From assembly GCF_001194135.2 (NCBI RefSeq), contig NC_068985.1, forward strand, positions 60,981,355 to 61,045,354: 64,000 nt of DNA, given 5' to 3'. Of the stretch, positions 13,225 through 26,393 are shown piece by piece (position 1 is the first letter of the stretch; the number at the start of each line of letters is the position of its first letter). The position numbers and the translations under genes are program-made. This stretch comes from Octopus bimaculoides. Taxonomy: Eukaryota. The notes below the pieces were generated by a model. That model was not told where the DNA came from and searched no databases. It was given only the letters and a program-made list of their open reading frames with translations.

Positions 13225-13500
13225 ACATCATCATCATCATCATTTAATGTCCATCTTCCATGCAGGCATGGGTTGGATGGTTCAACATGAACCAACAAAT
13301 CTAAGAAATTGATTGTGCTCCACAGTCTTCTTTAGCATGTTTTTCTATGACTGGATGCCCTTCTTAGCACCAACAAATATACAATGTATATCAGGTGCTT
13401 TTTGGGGGGGGGGGCACCAACACTAGTGAGTTCCCCATGCAACTAGCAAGACTACTAACTCCAAGAGAGGTAGCTTTATGCTAGGAAGTGAGGGGTCAGA
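13225..13500 (-). mobile_element. RTE 3' tail fragment
   Basis: (CAT)n followed by TTTAATGTCC...GGCATGGGTTGGA...CTGGATGCCCTTC, the reverse complement of the tail at 10200-10348. Confidence 0.7.
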
Positions 13501-13672
13501 TGAAAATTGATTTCTTGCTGAATGCATATTTCAGAAGAGAGGAGGTGGATGATTAGGATGGGGTTAGAAAGAAATAAAAATAAAGTTGATGAGATGTCTG
13601 TGTAGACTCTCAAAGTACAAGGTGAGTAGAAATAATGAGGGCAAAAGAACCAGGGAGTGCGGTTCTTTCACA

Positions 13673-13868
13673 AGGCCTGAAATTTTTGGAGAGGGGGCCA
13701 GTTGATTAGATCGACTCCAGTACACAACTGGTACTTAATTTATTGATCCTGAAAGGATGAAAGGCAAAGTCAACCTCGGCAGAATTTGAATTCAGAACGT
13801 AAAGACAAATGAAATACTGCTAAGCATTTCGCCCGACATGCTAACGTTTCTGCCAGTTTGCCACCTTG
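13673..13868 (-). mobile_element. SINE family A
   Basis: Central box GAAAGGATGAAAGGCAAAGTCAACCTCGGCAGAATTTGAA; the head ends in ...TTTCTGCCAGTTTGCC. Confidence 0.82.
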
Positions 13869-14509
13869 AAGGGTGAATATAATGAATGAAGAACAAATGC
13901 TCAGTGGATAATGAGTAAGGGACAAAGTTTATGCTGAGAAAGTTCAGTGTTAACTCACATTATAAACACTTGCTCTTATATATAACTTTTACTGTTGTAT
14001 GGCATCAAGAATTAATGACATTATTTTTCACCATTCTCTCACTTGACTGGGGTCTTCATTTTTTTTCTTACTTTTTAAAAATTTTTCCATAATGTAAATT
14101 GCACTTTATGTTTCTGTCTGTGATGCAAAGAACTTACAAACAGAAATCTGTGATTCTTATAAAGACACAAAGTCTGTTCATTAATTACAAGAAAACAGAA
14201 TGAGATTCTGCAACAATATTCAGAATATTTATTGTGCACAAGAGAAACAAAAACCCAGTTCTGATAACGGACAGAGTCAACGGCAATTGAAAAGGTTGCA
14301 AGATGCAACAAAAATTTTAGTAAAAATAAATAAGTTAATGAGTGGAAATCAGACTGGTGACTGTGTTAAATTAATAAGGCACTAAAAGAGAATGACTGCC
14401 CCCAGACACAATAAATTATCCTAATTATATTCTTATTTAATGAACAATTAAATGACCATTTCTTTACAGATGAAAGTTTTTCTTACAATAACATCAACAC
14501 TAAATCTTG

Positions 14510-14720
14510 ATGTTGTTTAGACACAGGTCAGCCATGAATGAGCAACCCTATGATCAAAGACATTCGAACAATGACCATCTACATTTCAAACACAGAATAA
14601 TGTACTTCTAGATGTACGACACATCCTTCCTTTTTTAAGATTGATGGGTGTCATTTGAAGCAGATTTAGCTGTTACTTGTAGCAGTCCAAACAGCCACAT
14701 AGAGGTTCCATTGTTCATGT
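14510..14720 (+). repeat. Unclassified interspersed repeat (GTTGTTTAG..CAGGTCAGC...CCTATGATCAAAG); copies at about 11520-11705, 29475-29640, 49890-49975 and 50255-50395
   Basis: The motif recurs on both strands in five places; I recognised no TIR, TSD or tRNA head. Confidence 0.6.
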
Positions 14721-15035
14721 CATCAAATGTCATACTTCAATGTACATCAGACTAGATTTGAAGAAGTAATGTTTAATTCTGCACTAAGGATAATAACACA
14801 CTTACCCATTAAGCCACCAGCACAAGTGCAACTAGTTGCACATGAACATTATTGCCCTTAGTTGTGTATTAAAGGTACCCAGTTCCAGTCTGACACGTTT
14901 ACACCTTATGATGATGACTATGATCTGGAATTAAACTGGTTGGAACATAATATTGTTTTAAAACTATTTCATCTATGAACAATTATAATTGTAATAATAT
15001 TTCAATCAAGACATTTTAAATATTTCATTACTTAC

Positions 15036-15158
15036 CATGAAGAAAGTTTAAAGGAACCATAGATATACGGCAGTCAGGCATAGCACTTTTAATCATTTTA
15101 GCTTCTTGAGGGTGATTGAAGCGAAAGTAATTGGAACGTCCAAGACATAACATGCTCC
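15036..15158 (-). CDS. PHLDB1: PHLDB coding exon, FHA C-terminus: (G)SMLCLGRSNYFRFNHPQEAKMIKSAMPDCRISMVPLNFLH+G
   Basis: Not in the ORF track; found by reading the minus strand. Acceptor cttttaaaacag and donor GTAAGT; 123 nt, phase 1 to 1. It continues QG|SMLCLG...FRFNHP as expected for PHLDB1 (CMLCLG...RFNHP). Confidence 0.92.
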
Positions 15159-15930
15159 CTGTTTTAAAAGAAGACAGGAATATATATAATTTAACAAACA
15201 AAACAACAGAAGTGATACTACATAATAAGATACCAAATGTAATTATTTTAAATAAATTGTTAATATTACAATGACAATCATTAGTGACAATAATAATGAC
15301 ACAAACCAGATATCTGTTTTGTTTCTTTTAGTTAGTAAGGGAAGCTAAAGCACTGTGGTCATGACATTACATTGGTCATCACAGGCTGGTTATCCTCATT
15401 AATATTGAGTGTCAAGCTCTCTAGGTCAATGTAACAGAGAAAGAGAGAGATTTCATCAGGGTGGCAGTGATGGGGAGGAATAATTAATAAGAGTATTTGA
15501 TGTAGGATCTGAGATGACATGAAAAAACATAAAAGACAGATGTATCTGGTGAAGAGTGAGAAGGTGAGGAGCTATACAGTTTTGAAGGTCAGATGAACAG
15601 TGGCTGTTGTAATAATGGTAAGAGAAACAGAGAAAAGAAACAGCATGTCTAAACATTGGGTTTTTAAGTGAAGATTTGCCAGTTAGTGGTAGAATGGTCG
15701 CTATATGTGTTATCAGTTCTCCATTGAACAGATTTGCCAGCTTCGTAAAAAATAATATAAAATTTTCAAAAAGTGACAAATTTTGTTGGAAAAAAAATTC
15801 AAAAATATATGTAATGACTGCTTGTGTGAGAGAGTGTATGTATGTGCCTGCATGTGTGTGTGTATGGGAAAAGGGGCAGGCAGACAGACAGCTAGCTACA
15901 TATAGATATTGGAGGTTTGCAGGAGAAATT

Positions 15931-18482
15931 CTATCTATCCTCTCATGCCATCTGGCACATAAGGCCTCCACACTCATTTTCCATTTATCCCTCTGTTTTG
16001 CAAGTTTTCTAGCCGCATTCCATGATGACCATCCAGCTTGATTCCTTTCCTTTTCCACTGTCCTTCTCCATGTAGTTTTTGGTCTACCAACTTTTCTTTT
16101 CCCCTCAGGTTGTCAAGTCAAGGCAATCATGCAATGATGATTGGGTTCCTTTCTCAATACATGTCCAAACCAATTCCATCTTTTCCTTTTTACTTCTTGG
16201 CTTATCCTGGGAACTTGGGTTACTTTGTTGAGTTCATCCATTGATATGATATTTGGCTACCCTATCTCCATTATTTTCTTCAGACCTTTGTACTTTCAGG
16301 ATTCACAGCCGTAAAGAAGTACAGGTCCTACTAGCATTTTGTAGAGTTTGATTTTTGTATCCCTCCCAAACTGTTTTGATCGCCATACTTTGTCCAATTT
16401 GATAAAAGCACTTATGACTCTATTGATTCTGCTCATCATATCTTTCCTTCCACCACCTTCTTTACTTACAATTGCACCTAGATAGGTGAACTCATCTACA
16501 TTTCATTGTCCTTTTCACCTATTTGAATGGGGTCAGTCTTCTTGTTCAATCGCAACGTCTTAGTCTTCTTCTCATTGATCTTAAATATCACTCTCTTTGT
16601 AAGACTTGACATTTTGTTGGTTTTCTGTTGCATCTGTGATTAGCTGGAAGACAGAAAAGCAATGTCGTCTGCATAGTTCAGGTTTTCTAGGCATGACATT
16701 ATTTGTCACCTTATCCCTAGGTTGTTATTCATGGTGGTCTTCCTCATCACCCTGTCAATGATGAGTAGAAACAAGCCTCCAGACATAACACAGCCCTGTT
16801 TTATGCCTGTCTTTACTTGGAACCATTCTATCATTTCACCATCATCCAGTACTGCACATTCACCATCTTTGTACATTAATTTGACTATGTTGTTGATAAT
16901 TTTGCTTGGTATGCCATACTGCCCCATGATCTCCCACAAACTGACCCTGTGAACTGAATCAAAAGCTTTTCCGAAATCGATGAAGTTTATATACAATGAA
17001 GATTGCCATTCTAAGCACTGTTCAATAATGTTTCTCAAGATGAATATTTGTTTGATGGTATTTTCACCTTCACGGAAGCCAGCTTGTTCAGGTCTGAGCT
17101 TCTTATCAATACCATTTTGGATCCTATTAATTATGATTCTTCCTAGCACTTTACTTGTGTTATTCTCCTCCAGTTTCCATATTCAGATAGATTTCCTTTC
17201 TTTGGTAACTTTACAATCAGTCCTTTGATCAAGTCATGAGGTATTTTCTCTTGATCCCAAATATCATTTATGATACTCTGCAGTTTGTCTGTGGATGTTT
17301 CAATGTTTGCCTTCAATAACTCTGGTGTTATCATGTCAACTCCTCCTGCCTTTCCATTTTTTAATTTTCTGATTACATTCTTGATTTCTGTTTTGCTTAC
17401 AGGGCTGCTGTCAATGGTCTCCACCTCTGGAATTACAATATTTTCAATTTCCACTGGATTGGGTGGAGTGTCTCTATTTAATACTTCTTCAAAATGTTCT
17501 TTCCATCTTGTCTTTTTTTCCCTTATCATCTGTTGTGATTTTACCCTGATGCTTGATGTAGTTTTTCATTACATATTGTTTTGGCTATTTCATATAGTAT
17601 TTTCATTTGACCATTCTTAGCTGCTCTTTCAGCATCGTTTCCCAAGTTCTCTACCCATTTACACTTGTCTGATCTTATATTTGATTTGACATCTCTGTCT
17701 TTGGTTTTGTATTCTATTTGCATCTGCTGTTTGATTCTGATGGATTTGGCATTTTCAATTTTAATTTTGAGGTGTTTCTTCTCTTCAACCTTTCCCCAAG
17801 AGTCTAGTCCTATCCACAGTTTTTGATTCTTTTTCTTTACACCAAGTACTTCTTTGGCTGTCTGGTTGAATGCTTTATCAAAGATTTTCCATTTCCATTC
17901 TATGTCAATATCTTCTGGAATCGCCTCAAGCAAAGCAAATTTATTCTTCAGTCCCATAATAAACTTGCTTTTGATTGTTTGATTTTGTAGTTTGCAAGTG
18001 TCATATTTTGTTCTTGGGTTTGTCTTTGTCTTGTACAGGTGTCTCCGAAGTTTCAGCTTCACTTGTGACCTTACAAGCTGATGATCACTTGCAACATGAG
18101 CGCCTCTCATGACCCGGGTGTTTTTTATTGATGAGTAGTATTTACATTTGACGAGTGTGCGATCAATTTGATTTGTTGTTCTTTTATCTCGAGAGGTCCA
18201 GGTGTTTTTGTCAAGGTCCTTGTGTGGGAATATAGTTCCAGTGATGATGAGATCATTCATCCTGCAGAATTCTACAAGCCTTTTGCCATTACTGTTCATA
18301 ATTCCTGTTCCATGTTTACCCATTATTCTCTCATTCCCCTTATTATTGGCTCCAACCTTGGCATTCATATCACCAGTTACTATGACTATATCATGTTTGT
18401 GCACATTCTTGACTACAGTTTGCAGCTGTTCATAGAAGGTGTCTTTCACCTCATCCTCTGCATCTATTGTAGGTGTAACACA
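15931..18482 (-). mobile_element. RTE-clade LINE (second family, no PHD insert): APE plus RT, 5'-truncated, multiple frameshifts
   Basis: APE motifs GDMNAKVG, NGKRLVEF and NQID; pre-RT KNGKAGGVD; RT motifs EQAGFR, FIDFGKAFDS, GIKQGCVMS and YADD; C-terminus W..SVEALCARWHE. Confidence 0.92.
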
Positions 18483-18687
18483 TGGATGACTTAGTTTAAG
18501 GAATTTGGGGAAATTCACTACACAAGAATTCTAGGTTTCAAATACATATCTGATATTAGTGCGTGTGTGCAAGTATAATGCGTGAGTGTGTGTATTTGTG
18601 TCTCCTTGCCTTGACAGCACATGATATCTATAAATGAGAGTCACTGTTACACAAGTGTCATCCATTTTCAATATTCTGCATAGACAA

Positions 18688-18905
18688 GGCAGTGAGCTGG
18701 CAGAAACGTTAGCACACCGGGTGAAATGCTTAGCGGTATTTCATGTCTTTACGGTCTGAGTTCAAATTCTGCTTAGGTCAACTTTGCCTTTCATCCTTTC
18801 AGGTTCAATAAATTACGTATTAGATGCATACTGGGGTTGATCTAATTGATTGGCCCCTACCCTAAAAAGATTTCGGGCCTTGTGCCTGGAGTAGAACAGA
18901 ATATT
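18688..18905 (+). mobile_element. SINE family A, full length
   Basis: Begins GGCAGTGAGCTGGCAGAAACGTTAGCAC and carries the central box and tail. Confidence 0.82.
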
Positions 18906-19083
18906 TTAAATAGACATGACAGCTTGTGGAGAAATATTAGCTTGTGGAGAAATATTAGCTTGTTTGGAACCAGGTGAAGGTTGCTGACATAAAGGGTATC
19001 TGGCCACAGAAACATCTACTTCAAATTTTGTCCAAACCATGCCAGAATGGAAAAGTGAACATTAAACCAGTGGTGTGTATATA

Positions 19084-19140
<57 letters not shown>

Positions 19141-19142
<2 letters not shown>

Positions 19143-19525
19143 AGGTGTAAATGTGTGGTAGGAAGTTTGCTTCCTAACCATATGGTTTCGGGTTCAGTCC
19201 TACTCTGTGGCACCTTGGGCAAGTGTCATCTACTATAGCCTTGGACAGACCAACCAAAGCGCTGTGAGTGAATATGATAGATGGAAACTGAAAGAAACCC
19301 ATCATATATATAGGTATGTGTGTGTCTGTGTTTGTCCCTCACCACTGCGTGACAACTAATGTTGGTGCGTTTACATTCCCATAGCCTACCAAGTTGGCAA
19401 AAGAGTCTGATAGAATAAGTACTAGACTTAAAAAAGACTAGTCCTAGAGTCAATTAGTTTGATTAAAACCCTTCAAGGTGGTGCCCCTGCATGGCCGCAG
19501 TCAAAATGACTGAAACAAGTAAAGG
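19141..19525 (+). mobile_element. SINE family B, full length
   Basis: GTGTGGTAGGAAG...GGTTCAGTCC...GGCACCTTGGGCAAGTGTC...TGACTGAAACAAGTAAAG. Confidence 0.82.
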
Positions 19526-19538
19526 AAAAAATATATAC

Positions 19539-19573
<35 letters not shown>

Positions 19574-20445
19574 CAGGGTGTGGTGAATAAATTGTCTAAA
19601 TTATGCAAAAATGAAAATAACACTGACGTCTCACTGTAACAGATATATTTACCAAAATTACATAAAAATACTTTGAAATACTAAAGAGTAAATTTATTCA
19701 ATAAAATCACCATTTGCTTCAACCACAGCCTGCAGACGACTTTGGAATCTCCTGCAACTCTTCTGGATGGTCTCCTTGTTTAAGTTGGTGAATGCTACCA
19801 TAATCGTTGCCTTCAGTTCATCTTTGGCATTACAAGGAGTTTTGTTGGTCTCTCACTCAACAGCACCCCACACATAATAATCAAGGGGATTGCAGTCTGG
19901 GGTGTAAGCTGGCCAGATGCTAGGGGTGATGTGGTCACAGAAATTGTCTGACAGCTATGACTAGGTTCTCCTACTTGCGTAACATGGTGCAGAGTCCTGA
20001 TGCTAGACACAGGGTCGTCCAGCAGCCTCCCTCTTGACCCAGGGCAGCACTACCTCCTCCAGGCATTTGATGTAGGCCTCCATGTTGAGTCTGAGGCTGT
20101 GTAGGAAGATGAATGGAAGCATAACATCGCCATCACTTGTGATCACTCCAAATGCCTTCATAATCACCATTAGACTCATTCAACTCTTTCCGAATCCTCT
20201 GCACTAACCTCAGATTGACACCCAAAGACTCTAAAATGTTTGTATTGGAGATTCCAGTGTGAATGCCAAGCAGTACAACATGTTGTTTCCAAATTTCTGG
20301 CAGTGTGAACTGTGTCATGATACTGTTTTCCTCATAGACAGTGCCCAACTGACCCTAGTACACTGTGTAGTCAACAAAATCAAAAACAATTCAAATACGT
20401 GGAATTAAAAATATAAAATAGTGACAATTTACCCATCACACTCTG
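19574..20445 (-). mobile_element. Internally deleted DD37D (maT-type) Tc1/mariner transposon
   Basis: Imperfect ~23-bp TIRs (CAGGGTGTGGTGAATAAATTGTC / GACAATTTACCCATCACACTCTG) with TA on the left. The minus strand reads QDSAP...WPAYTPDCNPLDYYVWG with 37 residues between the two Ds. Confidence 0.85.
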
Positions 20446-20699
20446 TGTGTGTGTGTGTGTGCGTGTGTGTGTGCATATACATATAGATATGTATACATAT
20501 TTTCACGTCTAGAAACCAGTTGCTTAATAGTAAGCCCTAAGATGTCAACACCTTTACAAAAGGGCATTCAAATACTTCCATTGAAAGGATTTTTAATTAA
20601 GTACCACATAAATAGGAAGTGCCTGAGTTTACATGGTAATTATCAGTATAATATCTAGTTTGCCTATATCAAGTACTAATTAGTATCCCCCACTCCATA

Positions 20700-20805
20700 C
20701 TTAATACTACATATTTCAAAATTCTTGAAAGACATAATTTCAGAATGACATTGTAGGATAGGTGTGAGAAGCCAGATCTGGCCAGTTTGAATGCTAAAGG
20801 GTTAA
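20700..20805. mobile_element. piggyBac-type MITE end (AATGCTAAAGGG|TTAA); a related partial copy lies at 51391-51580
   Basis: Terminal CCCTTTAGCATT next to TTAA, and a shared internal motif GATAGGGTGTGAGA..AGATCTGGCCAGTTTGAA. Confidence 0.6.
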
Positions 20806-21418
20806 ATTATATCTGAATTAGTGACTGGTAATTGTATGCAATATCTGAAACTCACTAATTCCTAATCCACCTGAGGCTAGTGTTTAAAAAGAAATACACT
20901 TCAACCTAATTAAAGGTCTAGTATTCTCTATTTGAAATTCAAACCTAGAGTCAGCCTAGGGTCAACCTCATAGCAGTTTTTATAGCCATATCAGGTTTCC
21001 AAATCTTTCTCTCTCATTCTTTTCACTCAAAAACTATAGTAACTGAACAAAATAATGCTAGCTAGTTGCGTAGACTAATAACTAGTTGAAAGTAGCTGGA
21101 TGCAAATGCAATTTCTGAGATGTCTATGCAGCAGAAACATGCATTGGATAAATTTAAACCAAATATGTTGAATAACTGACTATAGCTATAAAAGAATATG
21201 CAGATTTACTAATCTCTATATTCTGTCTTGGATATACTCTCAGTAAAATATCTATAATCCAGTGAAGCAAATCCAGGAGTTATCCATCGGATGAAATATA
21301 TTGGGATTGCCTACCTCAAGTAATCCTAGGTGCTTGTTACAACTCAATGTGGTTAGCTATAACCTTGATTATAATTGAGTTCCCAAACGGTACCCACCTG
21401 GACACTTTATAACTATTT

Positions 21419-21503
<85 letters not shown>

Positions 21504-21526
21504 CACACACACACATACATGTAAGA

Positions 21527-21830
21527 ACTCCCTTCACTCACAAATGATTGTGGGATTGCACCTAGAAAGTTCCCCTCCAAGGTACAAGTCCAAGGAAGGT
21601 TGTTTTTGTGGAAGACCTGCAGTCATTCATGCGTGCCCTCTCCATGCCACAGATGTCCAAGGGAAAGGTGGTGCCAGTGTTGCAACTCATTTATACAGTT
21701 CATTGAACTGGAGCAATATGAAATAAAGTGTCTTGGTCAAGAACACAACTCACCATCCAGTCTGAGAATTGTACTCACAACCTCACAATTGTAAACCTGA
21801 CATTCTAACTTCTGAGACATGTGCCTTCAC
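21527..21830 (-). mobile_element. SINE family D (tRNA head plus TGTGTTCTTGAGCAAGACAC core); related copies at about 41985-42172 and 62040-62215
   Basis: The three copies share GAAATAAAGTGTCTTGCTCAAGAACACAAC and an antisense tRNA-like head ending GCCTTCAC. Confidence 0.7.
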
Positions 21831-21838
21831 ACACACGC

Positions 21839-21886
<48 letters not shown>

Positions 21887-22287
21887 GCAGACAGACAGAC
21901 AGACAGACAGGCAGGCAGACAGACAGACAGACAGATAGATAGATAGATAGTTTCCATTACCAAGTCCACACACAATGCTTTGGTCAACCCAGAACTATGC
22001 AGTGGGACTGAACTCAAAACCATGTGGTTGGGAAGCAAACATTTTACCACACAGGAATGCAGACATAAAATTAATAAAAAAGAATTATCAGTTTCTCAGG
22101 AAATAACACTCAGTTTAAGTTGTGCCCTCCATCTGCTAAAATCTTGAGGAAGTTGAAAATTTGACAACTGACATCTGTTTAGGAAGTTTGGCATAGGTGG
22201 TTTACTGAATAATTTGGTAAGGTGCCAACATTATATTGCATGCTGCAAATGTAAACGGAAGTTTACAAAACAATAAATAAATAAATA

Positions 22288-22452
22288 GGCACAGGTGTGG
22301 TTGTGTGGTAAGAAGCTTGCTTCCCAACCACATGGTTCACAGTTCAGTCCCACTGCATGGCACCTTGGGCAAGAGTCTTCTACTGTAGCCTCTGGCCAAC
22401 CAAAACCTTGTGAGTGGATTTGGTAGACAGAAACTGAAAGAAGCCCATCATA

Positions 22453-22499
<47 letters not shown>

Positions 22500-22705
22500 C
22501 TGCATATGTCTTTGTGTCTGTGTTTGTCCCCCACCACCACTTGACAACTGGTGTTGGGTATTTACATCCCCATAACTTAATGGTTCAGTAAAAGAGACCA
22601 ATAGAATAAATACCAAGCTTTAAAAAAAGTACTGGAGTTGATTGATTCATTTAACTAAAAATCTTTAAAGGCGGTGCCCCATCATGGCTACAAGTAGAAG
22701 ATAAA
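22288..22705 (+). mobile_element. SINE family B, full length
   Basis: GGCACAGGTGTGGTTGTGTGGTAAGAAGCTTGCTTCCCAACCACATGG head, CORE-like segment and tail. Confidence 0.83.
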
Positions 22706-24633
22706 ATAAATAAAATAGAATAAAAAGGTTGCATTACACCACATAACTTATTGTCTATTTTAAACTTCATTCTACACTCTCTCTCAAAACTTCCACATGC
22801 AATAATGGATGTGTCTCTGCTCTTGATTAAAATAATTTCTTTAAATTGATCTATATTGAGTATATTGAAGAATTGCTCATGGTCTTTTTATGCTTTGCAG
22901 TGTCTCCATGACTGTTAGAATAAACAATTATTGTTTGCTGAAATCAAAGATCTAGTCCCAAAGTTTACTATAAAGCTTCCACCATAAGCCAGTCAGTGGT
23001 GTTAAACAAGGAGACCCATTAAATCAACCACTCACCAACAAACACAGTCCACTCAACAAGCTTCCTTGCCATCTCTACCAACCCAGCTTCACTCAAGTTA
23101 TGGCAGAAGACACTTGGCTAAGGTGCTGTGCAGTGGAACCATGAAAAGTAAACTGCTTAACCACATGGCTACACTAACATCAATATACTGCTGCTACTTG
23201 AATTTGTAAAATGATCGACAGGTTGTTTAATAACAATCTAAATTCAGTGCCTTGATGACCTAAGTTCAAATTCTGTTGGGACCATCTTTGGCTTCCAAAG
23301 AGGGCACTAAAAATGAATTAGTTTCCCTTCAACTGTTTCCAACCACATTCTAATCATGTTAGTTTACAACTGAATTCTGATTTGACTTTACAAATCAGTA
23401 TTCATCTACCAGATAACAATGGAACCTCTTGTCAGCCAGGTGATCTAATAATATGTTGCATCCATGGTTAAGAATTATCCACCACGTGGCAATGGAACTT
23501 GTCGGTCAAGTGAATTATGTACTTTACTCATGGTCAACATTTACTGACCATGAAGCATCTACTAACCTGTATATTAGTCAGAGGGACTAATTATATAACT
23601 TACCCAGGATCAGCATCTACCCATTATGTAGCACTGGAACTTCTAACTAGCCAGGTGGACTAATTACCTACTATTAACACCAAACCAGCTCAAGAAGGAT
23701 CAAATGGTAAAACCTTGAACCCATTACTCTAAGTATGTGGGACCTGTTTTAGAAAGACACAAAATCTAAAGTCTTAACATCAATCTTACCTCAGTTGCTT
23801 GGAGTGGAGTGTAGGAAGATATTACTAGGTAAGTATGGAAATGAAATTTTAATAAAAGAGGAAAATTGGAGGGGGCTACCACTGAAACAACTGCATCTGT
23901 CATTGATAAAGTCTAATAAAGACATGAAATTTCAGATTTGTAATTAGATTACATGTTAAATAGTTTATCTGATTGTTAATCCTATCATAGACCAAACACG
24001 TATGTTTTACAATTTTTCACTTCTACATTTTGATGGAACATATCTGTTATATTCCATTCGCATCACTAATATTGACAGTGTCGTTGTCATCCTTTTAATG
24101 TCCACTTTTCCATTCTTGCAGGAGATGGACAGAATTCACTGAGGCAGATTTTCTACAGTTGGATGTCCCTTCCTGTTACCATGCTTCATCTGTTTTCAAG
24201 TAAAACTAGACATGTTTTTACAGAAACTTAAGGACACTATTTGTATGGAAAACGAAGGACACCGTAAGATGGTGATGTTCATTTACAACTATCATGTGAT
24301 ATTAAGATATGGTGACAGGTTGATTTTGACATCTTCTCATCCAATAATTTTACATCTAAAAGTTACTTGTTTGAGAATGAATCTAGATTATGTAATTCAA
24401 AATATATAACTATTAATCACCAATATATCTGATGGCATATGCTGCACATTTTTTATGACTAAATTTCTCAAAAAATCACTTCAGATCCTATATGCAAAGC
24501 TGGGCTTCTCATAGACTTTAATGTGCATCTAATATATCCATGCATTGTTTATACCATCAAATAAGGTATGTAAAACAATATAATTAAATATCTTATGAAT
24601 TGTCATGACTAGTTGTTTTCTCTTCCTCTGTAT

Positions 24634-24715
<82 letters not shown>

Positions 24716-24804
24716 CTGGTTTCTTTTGGCTTATTTACCAGATTTACTGATAAGGTTTTGATTAGCCCAGGGCCATCCGGGTGCCACACAGTGACATACA
24801 TATA

Positions 24805-26393
24805 TACTGTGTCCCACATTATTAAACAAATCAACCTTCTCTCAATAAATAAATGAATATTCATTCAAAACCAGTTGTTTTCCCACTGACTGTTAGCAAC
24901 ACCTATCTACGCACATTCTATTAAAATAAATCGGATCTGTGCAGATGCCAACAAATGGCAGCCATTTTTGTGATTGAGCAACATTTTCACCATCACAAAT
25001 TATTAGGCAAATATAATAAAAATGATAATTGTATCAGAACAAACATTTATTTAATTCAACAGTAAAGGTTTAACAAAAAAATTATTCATAAAGGACTTAA
25101 TGGTAAACATAATAACACGTTCGAATGAAAATAATCATGGGATTATGATGTGATACAGCTCCTAATGTTTGATGTATGATTCTTCACGTGCAATAACCAT
25201 CTTTATGCACTGATCCATTGAATTTGTCAAGGTGATGATATCTTCTTATGTCATGCTTTGAGCAGCATATACAATAGCATTCCAGACAGCAACTTTACTT
25301 GAAAACTGCTGTCCATCTTGGTAAACATGACTCTTCAGGACACTCCACAGATTCTCAATCAGGTTTAAGTCAGGGGAACAAGGTGGCCACTCCATCAAAT
25401 GACCTCCAGAGAAGCCTATTTGCTGCAGGTATTCCTTAGAATTCTTCGCTGCATGAGACAGGGCATTATCTTGCATAAAGACCAGCTTTCTCTTGAATGA
25501 AAGTTTTTGCCTTCTGAACGACGGCTGGAAATTGTCCTTTAAGAAGGTAACATATATTTTCCATGTCATCTTAATGCCATCTGGGACTTTCCATGGCCTG
25601 ACCATCATACCACCAAGGACACCAGCCCAAAACGTGACCCCACCTCCCCCCTGCTGGTGTCTCAACTGATAAGGACAGTTCCTGCTGATTGATACCCAAC
25701 CTTTACTCTAGCCATCTGGTCTGTTAAGGGTAGCATGGCGTTCATCAGTGAACAGAACTGTTAAAAAATCTATCTTCATGTATTCTTCTGCCTATTTCAG
25801 TCTCTTCTGCTTATGAACATCCTTCAGATGGGGTCCTGTAACAGGTTTAACACTCCTGGTTACCTGCGTCAAGAGGCAACACCTGGTAGTTTTCGACACC
25901 TCTTCCCTGCCATAATGTTTGAAGATTTCTCTAATTGTCAGACATGGGCTCCATATGACTTCCCTCTTCACATGTGACAAAGTACGATTCGAAGTAACCT
26001 TTGATTTGACCTTATCTGCCCTTGACCGGACAGAAACTGCACAAACCTCTTCACTGTTCGGTGATCTCTTCCCAATATTTTGGATATTTCTATGGTTGTT
26101 TTTACTTTCCCAAGCTCTGACATGATGGTACCTAGACTTCTCATTTGAGGTAAGATCACGTTTCTGACCCATGACACTTAAATTGGGCACCTGCCTAATA
26201 ATTTGGGATAGCAGAAATGTTGCTGCTACACAATAATGGCTGCCGTTTGCTTCCGTCTGTGCAGATCCAATTTATTTTAACAGAAAGTGCACAGATTGGT
26301 GTTGCCAACAGTCAGGGGAAAACAACTGATTTTGAACAAATATACATTTATTTATGGAGAAGGTTGATTTGCCTAATAATGTGGGGCACAGTG
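24805..26393 (-). mobile_element. Near full-length Tc1-like transposon, DD37E (TRT-type), long IR/DR-type TIRs
   Basis: About 205-bp imperfect TIRs, each with an outer and an inner CACA(A)ATTATTAGGCAAAT-like repeat, and TA flanks. The transposase reads MGQKRDLT...RDHRTVKRF...FTDE...FMQDNA(37 aa)IENLW and is frameshifted. Confidence 0.9.

Noticed and set aside
18921-18963. 18-bp tandem duplication AGCTTGTGGAGAAATATT, and a 16-bp palindrome GTGCAACTAGTTGCAC near 14826
   Set aside because: Both are short, and such events are expected from slippage or chance in 64 kb of AT-rich DNA.
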